In this document: in pieces, positions 16,102 to 20,000 of the stretch
Position numbering within the stretch: the stretch's first letter is position 1
How the letters are laid out: every line of letters starts with the position of its first letter
Virus record (IMG/VR): IMGVR_UViG_3300021960_000053
Span: 52,968-72,967 of that record
Direction: 5' to 3' (one strand)
DNA: 20,000 nt
Source of the DNA: an uncultured virus (IMG/VR IMGVR_UViG_3300021960_000053)
Lineage: Duplodnaviria; Heunggongvirae; Uroviricota; Caudoviricetes
Made by a program: the position numbers and the translations under genes
Notes under the pieces: model-generated
Seen by the model: only the letters and a program-made list of their open reading frames with translations
The model's database searches: none
What the model was told of the DNA's origin: nothing

Positions 16102-18468
16102 TCAAACTCGACCAATAACTTCTTCAAAGCTGACACCCGTGCGGGTGGCAACGAAGGTCAGACCGATGAAGTTGATCGATCTATTCGGTTTGATGTAGAT
16201 GTCAGCAACGAATTCATTGTTATCAATGACCGCAGCAGTGTTGTTTGTCTCATCGCAAACAACGATGAAATCGGTAACACCTCTCTTCGATTGAACATCG
16301 CGGAGGAAGGGCTCAACGATGTTGATGAAGTTCAGTCTTGTAATCTCGTCGTTGAATTCAAACAGTTGATCTCTGGCAGCAGCAGCGATTGCTTTTTCCA
16401 GATAGATGAAGAGACGACGAACATTGATTCTGTCGAAAGCAGATGCTTTTCCAAGACCAGTCTTATCACCGAAGAGGATAATACCAGCACCAGGAGAGAA
16501 GATGACAGGATTGACTCTTGCAGAGTACAGTCTGTCTCTCTCGGTTTGAGAGGGATTGTATGCCAGTTTAACGGCATTCAGGATAGCACCTCTATTTGTT
16601 CCACCAGGAGAGAACCAGGGGAAGTTATTGATATCGTTTCTAGCACAGACACCAGCGATGTCTCCGTTCAGAGGAACATAGCGGAAGTTTCTGCTGAAAC
16701 GATCATACATGTACTTATAACCACTATCAAAGATGGCATAAGAAGAAGATGTGATCGAAGAGTAGAACGAGGTTACTGCAGAGGTAACAGCATCGGAACT
16801 CAGGGTCAGGTCTTCGCCATCTCCAGAGGTTGCCAGGAAAGCACCTCTCCAGGGAGAAATACAAGCAACACAATCTTTTCTGAGTTCAGCGATGGAAACC
16901 AGTTTGTTTGCGAGTGCTTGAGTAGCTTCTCTACCATGAGCACCAGATCCCATGATCAGGAAGTCCAGCTCATAAGCATCTTTGTTAGAAAGCAGATCGT
17001 AACCTGTAGAAAGGTCACCTACGCTAACCTTAAGGGCGTCTGCAGTCTCGATGCTTGTCTTGCCGCCGTAATCTTTACCACCAGCAAGAGATGCCTGATA
17101 GTTACCAATAGCAGCGAAAGAAACATCTTCTGCTTCTTGATCCCATGCAACATCAGACTTAGGATTGAAAGATCCATCCAGGTCTACTGTTACTACTCCA
17201 GAAGGAGCTCCACCACCAAATACATACTCACTGGCAACTTCCAGAAGTTTTCTCCAGTAAGATGCTGTACCTGTAGAGAGGATTGCATCCTTTGCTTTGG
17301 ATCCTGCAACGAACTTCTCAAGGAGAGTTCCAGCGTTTCCAGTAATCTTACCAGTGTCGTCAAGCAGAGCGATGTGAACTTCATCGTTCTTAGCGTTTCT
17401 TGCTGCAGCGTAGGAAGAAGTTCCAGGTCTATCTGCAAGAGAATTCCAAGCGATTGTATCGCCATTGTTCAGGGTGATGGTTTGTTGATCAAACCAGTCC
17501 TTCGAACCAGAGTAATCTACCTCGCCATCATATGCCTGAGCAGCGATATAGCGAGGATCAAGTGCAGTAATACCAGCGCCAGTGAGAGCAGTCAGGAAGT
17601 CAGAAGTTGCGAAACTAGAACCGTAGGAAACAGTGCTTGCTACCCAACCAAGTTGACCAGCACCTACACCAGACTGAACATGGACCTTGAAAGAACCACT
17701 GTTCTGGAATTCGTAGACACCACCAGGAGTGTACTCAACGGCAGTTTCTGTACCAGCAGCACTTACATGCGAGACCAGTTTGACGGAGACTTGACCATTT
17801 CCTACTTCAGTGATGACACCCTTCAGGTAACCATCGAGCAGAGATGTAGCACCAACACCAGCAACAACTGTTCCAGAAGGAACTGCTTGGGTTACGCCAA
17901 GACCAACCGTCAGGTTGAGATCGCTAATTCCGTTCTCGTATCCAGCAACAGCAGCAAGACCGCCATTAGCGGTGGAAGAGAATCCAAGAACAGCAGTTGT
18001 GTCAATACCCGTGATGATTTGATCGGCAAGACCATCCAGGATTGCAACCTTAATGCCGTTAGACCAAGTTCCAGGGTTCTTACCAGCAACGACTACGCCA
18101 GAGATTGTATTCTCGCCGTATCCTTTGTTTACATAGTCGTCATCACTCTTGATGGTGACGCTGCTTGCAGAACCAACGAAACCGTTCTTGAGTCCAGATT
18201 CGTTAGATCTTACTACGCGGAGTACACCGCCATAAGCAAGATAAGAAGAGGCAGTAAGCCAATATTCGTAGTGATTGTTGTCCTTATAAGGAGCGCCGAA
18301 GGTCTCAAGCAGATCCGCTTCGGTTTCGATAAGGGTGGGTTTCTCGACTGGTCCTTTAGCGAAGGGGGCAACTAGACCACCCGCTTTGGTAGATGTGGGA
18401 TCCACTCTACCTTGGGTCAGGTCAACTTCCCTTACGACAATTCCAGGAGATGCTAAATTGAGCGGCAT
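16102..18468 (-). CDS. g18: gp18 tail sheath protein
   Basis: SPGIVVREVDLT, FAKGPV, PWFSPGG, RINVRRLF, FEFNDEITR, YIKPNRSINFIGLTFVA; GGGAG RBS. Confidence 0.97.
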   Translation of the reverse strand: MPLNLASPGIVVREVDLTQGRVDPTSTKAGGLVAPFAKGPVEKPTLIETEADLLETFGAPYKDNNHYEYWLTASSYLAYGGVLRVVRSNESGLKNGFVGSASSVTIKSDDDYVNKGYGENTISGVVVAGKNPGTWSNGIKVAILDGLADQIITGIDTTAVLGFSSTANGGLAAVAGYENGISDLNLTVGLGVTQAVPSGTVVAGVGATSLLDGYLKGVITEVGNGQVSVKLVSHVSAAGTETAVEYTPGGVYEFQNSGSFKVHVQSGVGAGQLGWVASTVSYGSSFATSDFLTALTGAGITALDPRYIAAQAYDGEVDYSGSKDWFDQQTITLNNGDTIAWNSLADRPGTSSYAAARNAKNDEVHIALLDDTGKITGNAGTLLEKFVAGSKAKDAILSTGTASYWRKLLEVASEYVFGGGAPSGVVTVDLDGSFNPKSDVAWDQEAEDVSFAAIGNYQASLAGGKDYGGKTSIETADALKVSVGDLSTGYDLLSNKDAYELDFLIMGSGAHGREATQALANKLVSIAELRKDCVACISPWRGAFLATSGDGEDLTLSSDAVTSAVTSFYSSITSSSYAIFDSGYKYMYDRFSRNFRYVPLNGDIAGVCARNDINNFPWFSPGGTNRGAILNAVKLAYNPSQTERDRLYSARVNPVIFSPGAGIILFGDKTGLGKASAFDRINVRRLFIYLEKAIAAAARDQLFEFNDEITRLNFINIVEPFLRDVQSKRGVTDFIVVCDETNNTAAVIDNNEFVADIYIKPNRSINFIGLTFVATRTGVSFEEVIGRV

Positions 18469-18503
18469 CTTTAACTCCCAATAGAATCCAATTTGTCTAC
18501 AAG

Positions 18504-18511
18504 TATTTAGA
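18504..18511 (-). promoter_or_regulatory. Late promoter TCTAAATA upstream of g18
   Basis: Same variant box as at 9993-10000; intergenic. Confidence 0.7.
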
Positions 18512-18549
18512 GTTTATGCCTTTTTCAGTGGGGAAACAGTCCATGAACA

Positions 18550-18780
18550 CTACCAGTCTGGATACTCCCACTTACCAAATACTGCATTGGTCATTCTACT
18601 TACAACTACTCTCTTTTTTGTGCAATCTTTGCACTCATAGGAGTATGCCGATGGAGTATCTCCACGGTCTTTATGAGTTCGATAAAAGTCGTTCATAAGG
18701 TCTTTGACTACGCCACATGTTCTGCATTTTCTCTCCTTCATGAACAGGTGACTAAACTCAAATTCCTCTTCGAAGTCCAT
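18550..18780 (-). CDS. Small CxxC-CxxC zinc-binding protein
   Basis: CRTC...FY...SYECKDC...WEYPDW; probable start MDFEEE at 18780 in TGATG overlap with g17 stop. Confidence 0.8.
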   Translation of the reverse strand: MDFEEEFEFSHLFMKERKCRTCGVVKDLMNDFYRTHKDRGDTPSAYSYECKDCTKKRVVVSRMTNAVFGKWEYPDW

Positions 18781-20000
18781 CAGTTGTATTCCCACATGTA
18801 TGACATGTCTCCATAAGTAGAGGACATTTCTTTATCAACTGTCCATCTATCACCACCTTCCATAAAAGATTCGTCATCAGATAAACCATCGCTGATGAAT
18901 CCAAATGGTGCCATGTCCTGCTCAATCTGATCTTTTTGTTCTTCGTAGATTCTCTTACGGACATCATTGTCCGTCATCTCTCGGAAGTAATCCTGAGCAA
19001 CTAACCAGGCGAAGATGACGAGACACATGGCAAGGTCATCATGACATCCATCTTCTGCTTCCCACGACTGCTTCTTCTGAACAAATGTTGTTAACTCGGC
19101 AATAATATCGTAGTCGCTAGTTATTAGTTTGTCTTCTTCAATAAGTGCTTTTAGGTTAGAGCATCCAGTCTTTTTGACTGCTTGTGTCATTCTGACACCC
19201 ATTTGAGTCTTCTTACCAGAAAAACCAGAACCTACAAGCTGACCTGCTCTACCACGCATAGAACACATCAGCATATTTTCATATTCTAAATCGTATTGTA
19301 AAATTGTTGCAACTTGTTCGCCAATATCGTTGACCTCAACTAATACATAGGCATGATTATATGCCTTTGCCATGTCCAAGATAATACTTGGAAATAGCAT
19401 TGGTTTGATCTCATTGTTTTTATATCTTGCTACAGTCTTATATGGAAACTCTGAGATATCAAAAATTACAAAGGCAGAGTAGTCATGGTCAATCCCTCTG
19501 GCAGTATCAACCGTAATAATATAATTTCTTTCTTTCTTTGGTTCTTCATATACAACGAGACCCTTTCCGTTGTTTTGTATTGGATCTTCGAAGACAAGAT
19601 TTCTTAACTTGGACACACTAATCAGTGTGTCAACAGATCCAAGGAATTCGCACTCGAACTCGACCTTGAACTGCTGTTCTGAAGTGTTCTTAATGGTCTG
19701 CTCTTTCCATGCTGCATCCCTACCTGGGACCTCAGACCAGTGAACTTCTGTTGGTGTATATTCGTTCTTTCCCCTTTGAGCATCGTGCCAGTATCTGTAA
19801 AAATGGTTCATACCGTGAGGGGTAGAAACCATAATTACTTTTGTTGTTTTACCAGAAGTAATAGTAGGATAAACAGAACTAAAGAATTGCTCTGCAATAT
19901 GGTTTGGAACGAACGCAAACTCATCGAGGAAGATGATGTTAAACGACATACCTCGGACAGCAGACGCAGATGTAGAAGCTGCCAATATCTTACTGCCATT
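18780..20000 (-). CDS. g17: gp17 terminase large subunit, 3' part (start outside the window)
   Basis: Frame open to the window edge (NGSKILAASTS); Walker B IIFLDEFAF, STPHG, nuclease motifs VDTARG, DYSA, HDDLAM. Confidence 0.97.
   Translation of the reverse strand, partial: NGSKILAASTSASAVRGMSFNIIFLDEFAFVPNHIAEQFFSSVYPTITSGKTTKVIMVSTPHGMNHFYRYWHDAQRGKNEYTPTEVHWSEVPGRDAAWKEQTIKNTSEQQFKVEFECEFLGSVDTLISVSKLRNLVFEDPIQNNGKGLVVYEEPKKERNYIITVDTARGIDHDYSAFVIFDISEFPYKTVARYKNNEIKPMLFPSIILDMAKAYNHAYVLVEVNDIGEQVATILQYDLEYENMLMCSMRGRAGQLVGSGFSGKKTQMGVRMTQAVKKTGCSNLKALIEEDKLITSDYDIIAELTTFVQKKQSWEAEDGCHDDLAMCLVIFAWLVAQDYFREMTDNDVRKRIYEEQKDQIEQDMAPFGFISDGLSDDESFMEGGDRWTVDKEMSSTYGDMSYMWEYN

Noticed and set aside
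15775..18375. 866-aa plus-strand ORF antisense to g18/g19
   Set aside because: Shares codon register with g18; biased codon use in a highly expressed gene removes antisense stops; Ser/Thr-rich with no motifs or clear RBS
18780..20000. Possible intein or intron in terminase or other core genes
   Set aside because: Visible frames are continuous and of expected size; no splice-junction or homing endonuclease motifs seen. No tRNA, CRISPR or transposase was recognised in the window

Overview
Core region of a T4-like cyanomyovirus (Kyanoviridae-type) genome; every credible gene is on the minus strand. In transcription order (right to left): g17 terminase (partial), small CxxC protein, g18 sheath, g19 tube, g20 portal, two small prohead-region ORFs, g21 protease, g22 scaffold, g23 major capsid, a 214-aa inserted gene, g3, uvsY, uvsW, a hypothetical, g55 late sigma, a 44-aa ORF, g47, a hypothetical, g46, a basic peptide, a zincin-vWA protein and the 5' part of a 'cobS' MoxR-type AAA+ ATPase. 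Late promoter boxes (N[AC]TAAATA), sigma70-type promoters and one strong terminator are visible. Most notable: (1) a self-contained ~47-nt promoter-to-terminator unit behind g23 whose core is nearly complementary to the cyanobacterial Yfr1 sRNA motif; (2) the 214-aa protein combines a T4-type capsid-targeting leader with an RlpA-like lytic transglycosylase pattern; (3) interlocked divergent sigma70 promoters upstream of g55; (4) two promoters with an upstream motif and hairpin instead of a -35. All calls come from reading the sequence and recalled family motifs; no searches were run.
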